Source: Eledone cirrhosa
Lineage: Eukaryota
NCBI GenBank assembly: GCA_964016885.1
Contig: OZ024755.1
Coordinates: 20,708,001-20,772,000 of the forward strand
DNA: 64,000 nucleotides
Direction of reading: 5' to 3'
The notes beneath the pieces were generated by a model. It was not told the DNA's origin. It did no database searches and saw only the letters and a list, made by a program, of their open reading frames with translations. Numbering within the stretch: the stretch's first letter is position 1; each line of letters begins with the position of its first letter. This document shows, one piece after another, positions 13,396 to 27,571 of the stretch. Both the position numbers and the translations under genes were made by a program.

Positions 13396-13600
13396 CTATA
13401 ATCAGTTTAGATTGATACGGCAGATAATGTTTCAAACCAAAAACCTTTTTTTTTTTTCTCTCTCTCTTGATAGAAAAATCCGCTCTTGGGTGATTTATTG
13501 TACATTTAATTTTGAGAATAAATATTTTTTCCTGAGTCAACATCTTTATTGGAAATAGTCGCACCCACACAGGGAATTACACATGTCACAATTAAAATAG

Positions 13601-14089
13601 TACGAACGTGGGGTGAACATTTCATATGATGACTATGAAGGATTGATGCTAGAGCTGTGAAATCTTGCATGCATTAATTTCAATTTCTTCTTATTAATAA
13701 CCACATAGAATGTTCCTTTATTGGCGGATAAGGAAGGGAGCAAAATGAAAAAAAAAAGAGGAAAGAATCCAAGAAGAATTAAGAAATTAAGGTAGGAGCA
13801 GGGACAATCACTTAGATGAACGTATAGGGAAATACTTTCAAGTCAGTGCTATTTTCTGACAAAAATAGTCAGCTTTAAAAATATAGTTGACATACACTTT
13901 AATTATTATATATATATATATATTATATATATATATATTATAAATGGAAAATACCATTTATAATACCATATTTACCATTTATTGATATTGTTAATATAAA
14001 TAATACTCCAGATAAAATTTGTAGAGTGCTTCAAATCTGTTATAAAAATAACTTTGTTGAATGATAATCAACAAACCATATAACTCATT

Positions 14090-14144
<55 letters not shown>

Positions 14145-14543
14145 GAAAAAATGGCCGTGCTGCGTGGTTGTAAATGGGTTACATATGAATAAAATTAGTC
14201 CTTCATCAGTGGTCTTCCAGCCTTCATTGGTATTTCATCGCTTTAAAGATCATATACCTCTGGTTGGTGCGAGCAACGGCTAAAGAAAGTCGTTGGGACA
14301 CGTAATATATATATGAATCACTACCTCTCTACGGGCAATTGACGCTGCAAACCAGGTCCGAACACAGGAGAGCCGAACTCCCACTGTCATCGCCTTCATC
14401 TCTCTCGCCCTCGCCATCTCTCTGCATTGTTTCTTTCCAGGGACTATGTTGAAAAATAAACCTCATTTGGTTATTCCAAGAGAGTATCGTGGTAGGCCTA
14501 TTAGCTTTTCAGACCCTCCCCCCTCCCCCCCTTCCGCCTCGTA
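13601..14543 (+). mobile_element. Mariner-like MITE split by a ~720-bp insertion (13702-14422)
   Basis: The two halves join at ttattaataac|tgcattgtttc exactly as in the uninterrupted copy near 1170; 3' end cctcgTA. Confidence 0.7.
14142..14305 (+). mobile_element. (TA)n-embedded repeat carrying a structured 102-nt motif (copy A)
   Basis: Homologous to 29503-29661; flanked by TA tracts. Confidence 0.7.
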
Positions 14544-14745
14544 CTTCAAATAAAACTTTAAAAATTTGAATTTTGGAGTAAAAATTGGTTAATTGGAGAT
14601 ATGTCACAAATTATTCCAAACACTCGCCAGGGTTGTTTACATTCCTTAAAGCATGAATGCAATTGAGTTTCGTGGGATATATGATTTTCTTATGTTGTCT
14701 TCAGATGCAAAGATACATACTTCGTAGTAGCATCTCTTGCTGTCC

Positions 14746-14950
14746 GATGTCATGTTCTTGAGCAAAACACTTCATTTCATGTTGAACCAGTACACTCAGT
14801 CGAAAATGAGTACCAGCTGGGGATTGAGGTGGAGGATTAACTCCGCGATGGATTGGCATCCTGTCCAGGAGAAAGTTTTGTACTCTCAGTCACTTAACGC
14901 CAAGTAAGCTGGGATAAGCATTGGCCTAATGAGCCTGAGGGCCTGGGACA
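14746..14950 (+). mobile_element. SINE family B
   Basis: tgttcttgagcaaaacacttcatttcatgttg...gagtaccagc...gcgatggattggcatcctgtccagg...gggataagc. Confidence 0.7.
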
Positions 14951-15699
14951 CACTTTAGACATTAGAGTTTCAGAATGAATATCAACAGTCAGAAGTGACG
15001 AAGGGGACGACTAAATTTCGAGGCTGATATGTCTTAGATTTTGAAGAAGACGGAGAGACTTGTCGTAAGATGTTTACAAAGTCATAAGGCAACGTTACTA
15101 GTCACCACCGGATACCAGAGCAAAATCCTTCTGGATTTTAGATTAGTTATTTAAACTGTTACAGCACCAAACATCCCACTTTGGTACTTCACCCTACTTA
15201 GTTTGCTAGTGCCACACCCAGGACGCATGAGGGTCGGCGACAGAGATTAATTTGCACACATCATATGAAGCAACGTTTTCAGCCAGTAACAACATAATTC
15301 TATCTGTTCAGCTCTAGCGATACCGAACCTACAGGCGCAATTCTAGGAGTCACGCCAGAAACTCTCACAAGATGACGTAAACCTTTCTATTTTTGCGTGT
15401 TTCACGGGTTTTATGTATCATGAATTGTAGGTATTAAAATTTATTTTAGCTAAATCAGAAGAAGTAATATGAACAGTGCAAGGGTAATTTGAAATCAGCT
15501 TTAGTTACCCCCTGGAGTAATATGAAAGCGATTTTAAATTAGCAGGGGTTGCATGAAATAGAGGAAGGATAATTTAAAGTATTTACACCAGCTCAACCCA
15601 TCCTGAGGAAACTCTGGCTCAGATGCAATTTGTGATTTGAGAAGACTATTTGGTTGCCATTTCAAGCAGTACGTGTTACTACCTAGAATGTGTGTTGCT

Positions 15700-16051
15700 T
15701 ACTCTGGGGTTAATAGGGGGTTGGAATAAACGGGGAGTTGGAATAAGCGAAGGGGTTGGAAAATCGGTAATTTTTTATCTCCGTTGATTTTTTTTATTCT
15801 ATGTTATTTTATAACGTATGAGATTTCTAGTGATGCACTTTTTTTTTACATATATGTTTTTTAATGTATAAAGAAAATTCATTGTCACGAGAATACGACC
15901 ACTTAAAATATAATTTCGCCGGAGATAGATTGGCAAAATTTAATAAATGGAAGGAGGGTTGAAATAAGAACAAGCGGTGGGGGGGGGATAATCTGAAAAA
16001 TTAATGGAGTATGTGTAGGGGGAAGGGGGGCATTATTCGAGACCCGAGAGT
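15700..16051. mobile_element. Tc1/pogo-like MITE
   Basis: Termini TActctgg...aataggggg / ggggcattattcgagacccgagagTA; inverted partial copy at 32100-32250. Confidence 0.55.
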
Positions 16052-16195
16052 AATTACTATGTAGTTGCCCCGGCTGTTGTTTGGCCACATGTGGTTGGTT
16101 TCTGAACAAGCAAACATACAATCAAAGGCACTCCATCTGTCGTCCTTTCATCCTTTTATAGATATTCTACACTCATGTATTCTTTCCATACTAAG

Positions 16196-16382
16196 ATAAT
16201 TGTTTCTACTTTAGGCACAAGGCCAGCAATTACCCAGTTCATTACTGGTACTTTATTTTATCGACCCCGTAAGGATGAAAGGCAAAGTCAACCTCGGCGG
16301 GATTTGAACTCAGATCGTAAAGGGACGTAACTATGCTGGAAAGCATGGCGTCCGACCCTCTACCGATACTGCCAATCCACCG
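16196..16382 (-). mobile_element. SINE family A
   Basis: Reverse complement of the consensus. Confidence 0.85.
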
Positions 16383-16619
16383 GAATATAATGAAGGCTCT
16401 TTAGCTACTATTACTCGCAGGTCACTCAACTACAAAGAGACTCCTTTCTTGTTATATATTTTTCGGGTATCATTGATCGAATACTTCATACTCGATGTTG
16501 TTTCAATTATTAACATTTTAAAAAGAAATTTGGCTGCTATTTTTAGCAAATCAAGAGACTACATAGAAATTTCCTTCTTCGTTCCCTCTTTGTCTCACAA
16601 TCAATGGTACATTTAGTAA

Positions 16620-16650
<31 letters not shown>

Positions 16651-16698
16651 CATATAAATATATTTACATATGTATATAAATTTATATATGTGTATATA

Positions 16699-16736
<38 letters not shown>

Positions 16737-17079
16737 TATATATATATTTGTATATACACATATATACTTTTTTCTTCCCCCCTGTCTTAATATACCTAAC
16801 TGTACCAAGGATTACACACATTTTCCAATATATATATATATATATATAAATAAACGGAAAAAATGAAACGAAATTTCATTTCCCACTCTTAGTACGGCTG
16901 TTACTTAAATATAAGTATGCACATGTACATACATATATGTATACAGACGTACAGTAGTATGTATATATATATATATACATACATGCACACATATATATAT
17001 GTACGTATGGATTCACCGAACATTTATATATATATGTGTGCATGTATGTATATATATATATACATACTACTGTATGTAC

Positions 17080-17148
<69 letters not shown>

Positions 17149-17328
17149 CACCCACACACATATATATATATCAATCGATACTAAAAGCTAGAGCTTCCAA
17201 GTTGTTCTACATTTTAACATGTCATACATATTCAGTGAAATATAACGTCCTATATAACAGGCTTTATTTGATGTGTACTTAGAAAGATCTCTCTCTAACA
17301 GATCAATACTGTAATAAATGAGGGATCA

Positions 17329-17750
17329 TCCGTCGCTTTCGACTGTGAACATTCAGTTGTTCCATCAACTTAACGTCTAGCTCATGAATTAGTGTGCATG
17401 TGGTTGAGTATTCCACAAACAAGTGTACTCTTAACGTGATCCCCAACCCGAGTCAACGTGTGACAACATGTGACAAAGCTGGACCTTTCAAAAACAGGTG
17501 TAATCTATTGGATGGGGCCTCTATAGAGTTTCTGTCTACCCAGTTTCACCTACATGTGTTGGGTTGAGCCGAAGGCTGGAAAGACGTCATGATTGCAAGG
17601 CGAACTTCTTAACCACACAGCTATTGCATGCGACCATATATGCTTAGTGAAATACCAAGTTTAATCCACAAGTCTTTGCGTTGAACCGAGGGTAGGATAA
17701 AGACGTCTTGATTGCAAGGCGAACTTTTTAACCACACAACTATTGCCTGC
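17329..17750 (-). mobile_element. Old SINE fragments (families C and D, OR-like CORE SINEs)
   Basis: tccgtcgctttcgac... tail related to 59000-59220; cagtttc.gtctacc...ttaaccacacagc block related to 41598-41715. Confidence 0.5.
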
Positions 17751-17917
17751 AACTATACATATTTAGTGAAATACCATGACCTGTATATTAACGGCTTAGC
17801 TCGCATTTTCATTATGTGTTGCACTAAAGTTATGAAAACAGAAAACAGCAGAAAATACAACTTTAGAGTTATATGTAATAACACATCACCTACGGCAATT
17901 GTTTTCTGGTGTATGTA

Positions 17918-17949
17918 ATACACACACACACATACACACAAACACACAC

Positions 17950-17980
<31 letters not shown>

Positions 17981-18422
17981 CCCATATATATATGTGTGTG
18001 TGTATATATATACGCATATATATATATATATATATACATATATATACGCATATATATATACATATATATACGCATATATATATATACATATATATACGCA
18101 TATATATATATACATATATATACGCATATATATATATACATATATATACGCATATATATATACATATATATACGCATATATATATATACATATATATACG
18201 CATATATATATATATATACATATATATACGCATATATATATATATACGCATATATATACGCATATATATATATACGCATATATATATATACGCATATATA
18301 TACGCATATATATATATATACATATATATACGCATATATATATATATATACATATATATACGCATATATATATATATATATACATATATATACGCATATA
18401 TATATATATATACATATATATA

Positions 18423-18461
<39 letters not shown>

Positions 18462-18590
18462 GCATATATATATATATACATATATATACGCATATATATA
18501 TATATATATATATATATACGCATATATATATATATATACATATATATACGCATATACATATACGCGCATATATACATATACATATACACA
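17918..18590. repeat. (TA)n microsatellite punctuated by TACGCA and TACA
   Basis: Direct inspection. Confidence 0.95.
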
Positions 18591-19439
18591 CAGTCTCGTC
18601 TTTTTGTATAGATACAACTACTAGTCTAATATATACGTTAATAACTTCCGGAAAGAAATTATCGTAACTTACAAAATAGTGGAAGAAATCTGCAGAAACA
18701 TGAAGTAATTTTTTTTTAAATACCGAAAAGACACAAATAAATAAATAAGGACGAAACGAAACAATAAAACAATGACTTTTAGATACTGAGATGGAAATAT
18801 AAATGTAATGATTTACTGCACTATGAGCGGATTTTGAATGTTATATCTTTTCTATACGTCCACAATAAATCGAACAGCCACTCACGACATTTCCCAGGTT
18901 TCTCTCTGATCCACCCTCATACGGACTCCCCTTGATAATGGATTTAATGGATGGAAAATCCGAAAATATTTGGGATCATTAAAATTGCTAAGGTAACATT
19001 CTATTGTCCCCATTCTTTTATCTCAGTTCTTTTTTCCTTTATCTATTTTCTCAAATTCTTATTGCTTTGGCGCCTTTTACCTAACACGCATTATCGACCT
19101 TCCAAATAATCAAACTTATTTCCTAGTCGTATTTGTATCCCATTTTTTTTTCTTTTAGGTATTTTCAAAATTACAATTTCTAAGCTCCGGCGTCTTGAGC
19201 TGCATGAGGCAGCTAAACTGCTCCAATGACCACGGTCAGTTGCATCTATCAATACATGGTTCCAACTTTTGCTGACGGGTTTCCGGTCTCTGTCGATTGT
19301 TTGTCGTCAGTTCATTTTGGGACGGAGGAGCGGGGAGAGGGGGGGGGGCTGATACCAATACAGGACCTGATTAACATGTCTCATGTCTCTCATTTGGAAG
19401 CCGAAATAACCTTAAGATATTGCGATTTTAATGGAAGAT

Positions 19440-20300
19440 ATATAACATTGAACATCCACTACAGTACAAATAAAACTCCTAGCAATGCACAGGCTCCATT
19501 TCTGGATATAACCATTCAGAGGACACTACCTCCATTTACACGAAAGACACAAATAAATGTGTGTAGGCAAGGATTGTGTAGGCAGATATAAAATGTCCCA
19601 CTTAGATTTCCCTCCACAGATAAAGTACTAGATAAAGAAATCCACAAATTAAAACAAACACAAATACAACAGCAACTATACTAACACGCTAATAGATCTA
19701 GCCATAGCACAATACAGCCACAAATACAACAACTATACTAACACGCTAATAGATCTAGCCTTAGAACAATACAGCCACAAATACAACAACTGTACTAACA
19801 CGCTAATAGATCTAGCCTTAGAACAATACAAACACGACAACAACTGTACTAACACGCTAATAGATCTAGCCTTAGAACAATACAAACACGACAACAACTA
19901 CTACATCAGGAAGTATATATATCTATTGAAATATAAAAGCTATGCATAAAATGTATGATTCAAAAGCCATACAAAATTCAGGATAGAGGAACAAAAAAAA
20001 CTTCAAAAACTTCATAAAAAAGAACAGAAGACCTATTAATTACACTAATGATACATTTTTTTAAAAATCTAAAATTAAAAACATTCTTATCATTAATAAA
20101 CTACAAATATGTAAATTTGTAAACAGGCGGCTAATGAAATCCGAGTAGAAACGTAAAAAGTTGTAAAGCCGTCACTCAACATACAATTACAACATATAAC
20201 ACAAACTAAGATAAATAGGAAAATATTAAATGACAACATATCTATACACTATAGAATCATTGTCTCCGAAGGTGATTCATAATATAGGCAATGATCATAA
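19440..20300 (+). mobile_element. Degenerate Penelope-like element (RT fragment)
   Basis: APFLDITIQR followed, after a frameshift, by TTSIYTKDTN and LDKEIHKLKQ, resembling PLE RT motifs LPFLD..VYRKPT; 3' boundary is approximate. Confidence 0.5.
19665..19900. repeat. ~55-59-bp minisatellite, 4 copies
   Basis: Unit caactatactaacacgctaatagatctagccttagaacaatac... Confidence 0.9.
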
Positions 20301-20334
20301 CATATTACAAAAGAAACACTCAGATATCATATAC

Positions 20335-20700
20335 AGGTGTTGCTATTAATTTAGACATGGTCTTGACCTACACTGACTGGAACCTATCAAGGTGATATTA
20401 AATTAGACGTTAGCTTTTCATCCTTACGAGGTCGATAAAATAACGTACCAGTAATGCACTGGGTAATTGCTGGCCTTGTGCCTAAAGTAGAAACAATTAA
20501 ATTAGACATAACCACGGCCAACACTGATCAGAACCTATCAAGATACTATTAAATTAGACATGGTCTGGACCAACACTGGCCGGAACCTATCAAAGTGCTA
20601 TTAAATTAGACATGGCCAGGGCCAACAATGGCCAAAAATATCAAGACGCTATTAAGTTAGACATGACCTGGAGCAACGCTGACCGAAACCTTTCAAAGTT
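20335..20700. repeat. Degenerate ~50-bp tandem repeat interrupted by a partial SINE A
   Basis: Unit ctattaaattagacatggtctggaccaacactggccggaacctatcaa; single copy also near 21650. Confidence 0.7.
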
Positions 20701-22369
20701 AATCATCACAAACAAAAATAAACACCAAACACTAATTAACGGTAAAAATAAATTAATCAGGCTTTCTTTTAAGAGGCAGTAACACACGCCAACATCACTT
20801 CACCTTGAAGATGAGAGTATAAACCTTGAATGGTGGAATTGGAAACTTTACTGTTCCAAGAAAATTGCAAGTTACTCACGTGAAAATATGAAAAAAAAAA
20901 ACCCATGATAGATAAGAGAGTACGTGAAATTACTCGTGTTTTTAATACATGTATATATATATATATATAAATGTGTGTGTGTGGGGGGGGGGCACTATAT
21001 ACTGGACATAAACGATCTGCTTAAACTTGTTTTACTGTTTGGCTGAAAATAAGTGTCCTTACTAATTTAGAGTTAAAATGGTTTTGACGGCATTAGTTCC
21101 ATGGTATTTTGCATATTTTAAATTCTTCTTTAATGAACCAAACATTAAGTATATGAGAGTATTTCCTTCATTCTCTTTATTAATTTTCCTGTAATTTTCC
21201 ACTTACATTATTTTCTTTTTTTTTTTTCCTGTTCATGACATAACCAAGTACAGAAACGTACTGCCTGAACTAAAGAGAGAATTTCTGCCTAATTAGATAA
21301 CCTTCTAGAAATAGCAGTCCCAAACCCTTCAGACCACACCACTATGATCTAAATCGACAAGATCCCCCTCTCTCAGACCTCATTCGCTTACTGAGTGAGG
21401 TAGATTTCGTCAGATCGGACCAAGGAAACAATGTTTCCATTGGTCTTTCCCATTGCTGATACTATCTTACTATCTACTGGTCGCAACGTGAAATAAAGTG
21501 TTTTGCTCAAGGACATAAGGCATTGCCCAGTCCGAGAATTGAACTCACAACCTCAAGATTGTAAATCCAACTCCCCAACCTCTAAGCGATGTGCCTTCAC
21601 TAAACACCATTATATTAAAAATATAAGAATAATATATTTGCCAGGTGGTACTATTAAGTTAGACATGGCCTGGGCCAATACTGGCCGAAAGTTATCAAAG
21701 TTATTTGATAATGCGATCCTATATACACACTGCGTTCGAAAAATAAAATAGATGGTATAGTTACATAGAATGCCGTTAATTTTAGTTCTGCTTCAAAGGT
21801 AACCTGGAGCTAAATAACATGGAAACTCTTATAGATATAGTAACCAAATCTACTAGAACATGGAAGCTCTACTAGATATAGTAACCAAATCTTCCTCAAA
21901 TTACATCTTACCTTCTTAAAACGGGAATTGGTGAAATAGATAATGTAGCCTAAGATACAGTATGCATAAAAAAAAGACGGAATAGTCTGAACTGTAACAT
22001 CATAAATCTCGTCTTTCCGTGACGGTGCATATTTTATCTCGTTCCCGCCAAAAATAATATCTGGTCTGATGAAATTTCAGCAATTTGATAGAAGTTTTAA
22101 CAGAAATATTTCATCATTGCTTCATTTGCCGAAGCATAGTTTCTTGACATATATCTATATCAAGATATATATATGTTGTTGTCGTTACTGTTTAATACAA
22201 AGTTAACCCTAAACAAGCAGACCTTATGACCAAATGTGTTCCAGCCATGTCGTGCTTTTGTATATGTACGACTACATTGCCTGGTGTATCTATTTTATTT
22301 GACGACGATAGGGTTATAAGAGACAGTGTAAAGTCGACAGCTTCAAGTTGTGATGCTGGCGTTATATGT

Positions 22370-22540
22370 TGCGGATCCCATGAACATGCTGTGGATCCTA
22401 TGGACGAGCTGTGGATCCTATGGACGAGCTGTGGATCACATGGACGAGCTGCGGATCACATGGACGAGCTGCGGATCACATGGACGAGCTGTGGATCACA
22501 TGGACATGCTGTGGATCCTATGGACATGCTGTGGATCCTC
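22370..22540. repeat. 20-bp minisatellite
   Basis: Unit ctgtggatcctatggacgag / ctgcggatcacatggacgag. Confidence 0.9.
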
Positions 22541-22569
22541 TGTCTAAAGTCTAAAAGCCAGAAGGCTCA

Positions 22570-22815
22570 TTTGGCCGGTGCATATCCCGGTTTCATGGCG
22601 TGAAGCGACTGAGTGTACAAGACTGCCCCCTGGACAGGACGCCAGTCTATCGCAGGGTTAAACCCCCAGCTATTGCTGGTATTCATTTTCAGCTGAGTAT
22701 ACTGGAGCAACGTGAAATGAAGTGTTTTGCTCAAGAACACAACACGCAACCCAGGAATCGAGCCCACGACATTATGATCGTGAGTCCAACACCCTTACCA
22801 CTAGGACTCGTGCCT
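22570..22815 (-). mobile_element. SINE family B, near full length
   Basis: Minus strand has a tRNA-like head (tagtggtaagggtgttggactcacgatc...gggctcgattcc), a CORE-like body and the family B tail. Confidence 0.75.
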
Positions 22816-23699
22816 CTACCGAACCTATGGATGGTACGCAATATCACGACACAACCTTGTTGGGTCAAGTAAGCATGCTAAAACACTACCCAGAAGGAAA
22901 TTAATATATTTGGGGCATATTTGCTTTGCTGTTAACCACTGGACCGCCTCAAGCGAACGATGGAGCTCTGTACTAACCCGGGGTCAACGTCGGCGTGGGT
23001 GGTGGCATTGGCAATGGGTTGATGATGTAAAATAGTGAATGAGCAATCCACCCATTTACCACCTGCTGTGAACTGCCCAACATAGGTCATAGTGAAGAGT
23101 CCTTGTCAAAGCAGTCATCTGTGTCCGGTCAAGAAGTGGGAGGAGGTGTAATTTGGTCATTATATCTAGCAGGTCAGTTAAGGCAAAAATATTTCCCTTG
23201 GTCACTCGAGGTATAATAAGTGTTCCTATGATCACTCAAAGGGTAATAACCTCTTGACATCTTTAGAGCGCTGTTAATGATGTGAGTTATATCTTCAAGA
23301 CGAACATGACAAGCATATACAATTACAATTTAAGAACGTTAGTCTTTTTTTTTTTAAGTATGAGATAAGTAGCTATCAGTTTTGCTCTTGAAAGTGTCTA
23401 AGTTATTAGCATGCTCATTCAAGATAAACTGCTCTCTCTATATCTATATAAGTAACATTATTTAAATCAGCCGAGGTTAACTTTGCTTTTCATCCTTACG
23501 GGGTCGATAAAATAAAGTACCAGTAATGTACTGAGTAATTGCTGGCCTTGTGTCTGAAATAGAAACAATTATTTAAATCACAGCACATCCAACGTCGATC
23601 AAAGAGAGAGAGAGAGTTTTCCATGTCATTTACCAGTAGACTCAGCTCTATTAAAACATTATACCGAATTACAGAACACAATTCTATATCAGTTCAGTG

Positions 23700-24000
23700 A
23701 TTCTTTCCTTAGACATTCTAATCACATGTGCCAACGATTCTTTCCTAGACATTCTAACCACATGTCTGTATTAGCGGTTCTTAGACATTCTAACCCCATG
23801 TCCGTATCAACGATTCTTTCCTTAGACATTTTAACCATATGTCAACGATTCTTTCCTTGAACATGTTAACCATATGTCCGTATCAACGATTCTTTCCTTT
23901 GACATTTCAACCACACGTCCGTATTAGCAGCTCTTAGACATTCTAACCACATGTCGGTGTCAGCGATTCCTTCCTTAGACATTTTCACCACATGTCCGTA
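23700..24000. repeat. ~35-41-bp degenerate minisatellite
   Basis: Unit cgattctttccttagacattctaaccacatgtccgtatcaa. Confidence 0.8.
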
Positions 24001-24749
24001 GTACAGTAGTCTTCTTCTTAGTTAAACAAAAATAATAGCTACGGTTTGCTCCCTTCCGGGACACTCTTTGGGTTCTCGAGATAGGCAATCTTTGCGCGTC
24101 CATCCCACGCTTCCCGGGATAGGTCGCAGGCCCATCGCCAGTTCTTGCAGCATGAAATACAGACTGCAATATATTTTTTGAACAGGCACTACTACCTAAG
24201 GCCTAAACGCGTCCCTTTTGTTAACCTAGTCACTGTAGAATATTTGAACGGCATTAATGTGTGGCGAGCGAGCATGAGATTATATCTATCCTGACATGGT
24301 AACCCCTGACCGAGACGGAATGGAGTGAGATGAAGTAGTGGTGAGGATGGTGGTTTGGGCTCATGCAATCTTCAGATAAAATAATTAAGATAGCATATTT
24401 CGAAGAGAAAAAACAACAATAGTCGATGGAGATGAAAAATGTTCTTTGTGAGGTTTTAAAGTAACAAGCCATTGATTGTTAACGAGAAACCATCACAGCA
24501 GATATTGTAGTTTTGGAATGTTTCAAAACTGAACTGAAAAGACATGGTGGAGGTGGGAACACACACATCTAAGCCACACATCTTTTCTATGGAAAACAAA
24601 AATACTTTTTAAAAGCATTTACTATCGAACGGTTGCCTTAAATATAGATATGTAATTGAACACATACACAAATACACACGTGTACACAGAATACGCTCAC
24701 ATGCATACATTTGTATATATAAAGATACATACACATGTATATATACATA

Positions 24750-25186
24750 TGGTGGCTGCCAACTCGTTTTCGAGTACGGCCACTACTTTATATCCATGTA
24801 GGAGAACCCCTACCGATGCGCTGAACGAGTGTGACTTTTTAGTCCAGCCAGCGACTTGAAAACTCTGGTACAAACACTACACTTGTGACAATTATTGACA
24901 CATAGTGCTGGACCCATGGTACCATGTGATGACAAGTGCAGAGAGATCTCCAGATATAAAGCAATGCTTGCGCCGTGAAGCTTTTATAGTGAGCAAAGGC
25001 ACTGCACAAAGCCAGTCCCACTCTCTTAACCAAGATGATATTTACCAAAAAGAAGAACAAGTCAACATCATTGGATACCATCAGAGTTGCAGGTGTTATA
25101 TCAGAGTTTTCTTTCTCCTAGAATTCTGCCTTGACAAAGGCTAAGGGGTCATCTCTCCCGGTGATTTTGGATGGCCATTGACTCTT
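24750..25186 (-). mobile_element. Truncated copy of (TA)n-targeted non-coding retroposon family H
   Basis: Near-identical inverse of 30993-31430. Confidence 0.8.
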
Positions 25187-25378
25187 ATATACACATATAC
25201 ACATATATACATACATACATATACATATGTACACATAGAGATATATAAATATATGCACACATACATACATAGGGATATATAAACATATACATACATAGAT
25301 ACATACGTACACAGAGATATATAAATATATACATACATACCCAGAGATATATAAACACATACATACATACATACATAC

Positions 25379-26160
25379 AGGAGGATAGAAATACGAACCT
25401 AACCCATAATTTCTTCGTGGATGATCTGAAACTCTATGCCAAGAACATGGATGGGGTGAAGAAAAATCTTGACCTGGTTACAAGATTCTCAAAGGATATA
25501 GGAATGGAGTTTGGCCAAGATAAATGCTCATATATGACTGTAAAGCGGGGAAAAACAACAACCCAATCTAGCAACATTTTCCAGTAAAATCCCCAATAAA
25601 ATGCAGGCATAACAGACCAGATGTTATGATATGGGACAGGGAAAAGGAGGCATTCCCAGCAGATACCAATATAATATCAAAGATTAACGAAAAGGAGAAT
25701 ATTTATGCAGAACTGATGAGAAATTTGCAGATACTCCACCCTGATTATACCTTCAGATTTATGCCTGTGATTATTGGGGCACTGGGGTATGGTAGTAACT
25801 GTCTCAATACAAATCTTGAGAAGCTAGGCTTCATAGGAACAGAAAGAACACAACTAGTTAGGAAATTACAAGTACAATCCATTAATGGAACAGTAAAAAT
25901 ATGTAAAACATTCCAAAAATGTTGCATCTAATACTGCATATACACATGCACAGATACTAAGCATATACACATGCACACTTACATCTGAAAACATCCACAT
26001 CCACACATACAATAACATCCATATCTACACGTGCAAACATGCATACATATCTACCTAGTTGATGTTGTGTAAATTCCAATGAGAGAGTCTTGTGTCTATT
26101 TTAGAAACCGACTCTCTCTCTATTGGCAAAAATTTGTGAAATTATAAACCCAGGGCATAC
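25379..26160 (+). mobile_element. Internally deleted Dong/R4-clade non-LTR retrotransposon (RT plus restriction-like endonuclease remnants)
   Basis: NFFVDDLKLYAK...FSKDIGMEFGQDKC (RT catalytic region) joined to KCRHNRPDVMIWD...EKENIYAEL...PVIIGALG (RLE); flanked by (TACA)n on both sides. Confidence 0.85.
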
Positions 26161-26221
26161 GTACATACATACATACATACATACATACATACATACATAC
26201 ATACATACATACATACATACA

Positions 26222-27400
26222 TCATTATCATCTTCCCGTAACTGGCTCGACCATTCATTTCATTGTCCTCCATTATACGTCCAAGTGTTGTAATGTCGAG
26301 ACATCTCCGGTCCTTGATATTGTCGAACCTGAGTTTTTTGTTGCTACCAGCTTCTTTTTTGCCCTCCTTGAAATAACTGTGCCATAGAGATGGGTTTTTG
26401 AACAGGGAGTCGTGTCAGCATACGTCATAATTGCCCCGACTAGGTGAGGCTTAGTGTTTTTGTTTTGTTTTGTTCTTTTCACTGTTGCAAAGAGTGGTTT
26501 GTGCCTGCTTGCCAGCCTATTTGTTGATTTGCTGCCTAACATAGTTCTGTTTTGTGTTTTGTATCTATCCAGAAGGATCGAAATCTCCAAGGATTTTTGT
26601 GGGAAATCTCCAATGATTTTCATAGAACGTCTCCAAGGAATTTCGTTGGATTTCTTCAAGGATTTTCGACGGAAGTCTCCAAGGATGTTCGTGGGAAGTT
26701 TTCAAGGATTTTCGTAGAACGTCTCCAAAGATTTGTATGTGGAGACTGATGGAACAGCTTTGTCATATGACATTCAGCTTTATCGCGGTTGTTGGTGCCA
26801 AACTAACTCTTATTCTTATCTCCGTTACTCCCGCATCGTTTTTATTACACTGGTCTGTTACTCATTCTTTCTTTGGCTCCCGGCAGTTTTCTTACTGATC
26901 TTATACACAGCGTTGTATTACTGTCCTACTCCTGACCTGTTAATTTGGTCTTCTTCAGGTACTGTCTTGTGTCACACAGATTCACTATGTCTTCTTTTCT
27001 CCACCACTTCTACAGCTGATTCATCAAGTACTTCTTTGGTGATGTCACTTAGGAAGTTCATGTCTTCAACTTTATATCTTCCTCTCGTAAAACTGGGGCC
27101 TATAAACCAGCCGCCACGTTCCTATTCTCTAGTAAAATTGAGGCCTATAAACCAGCCGGCCACGTTCCTATTCTCTAGTAAAACTGAGGCCTATAAACCA
27201 GCCGCCACGTTCCTATTCTCTAGTAAAACTGAGGCCTATAAACCAGCCGCCACGTTCCTATTCTCTAGTAAAACTGAGGCCTGTAAACCTGCCGGTTACG
27301 TTCCTATTAAATACTGCTGCAACCTTTGGCTCCTATAGAAGATCTTTCATTATTTCATTGAGCTTCAACTTCCCTATCATCAATATCGACATCTGCATCT
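26222..27400 (-). mobile_element. Heavily degraded RTE-clade LINE
   Basis: Frameshifted fragments ESAVEVVEKRR / EDIVNLCDTRQYLK, LFATVKRTK, HDSL-SKTHLYGTV and DNIK; 3' (GAT)n-like tail. Confidence 0.65.
27083..27308. repeat. 45-bp minisatellite, 5 copies, inside the RTE remnant
   Basis: Unit tagtaaaactgaggcctataaaccagccgccacgttcctattctc. Confidence 0.9.
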
Positions 27401-27415
27401 TGGTTTGGACCCATC

Positions 27416-27447
<32 letters not shown>

Positions 27448-27571
27448 ATTGCATAATAAACAACACAATATGATTCCATTACCAAAGGTTTCAGGAAACT
27501 TAACCCGGAACTCATATATATATATAGTGACGAAACATAAGTCAATTGCATGAAGTCATAATCCTTTATTT

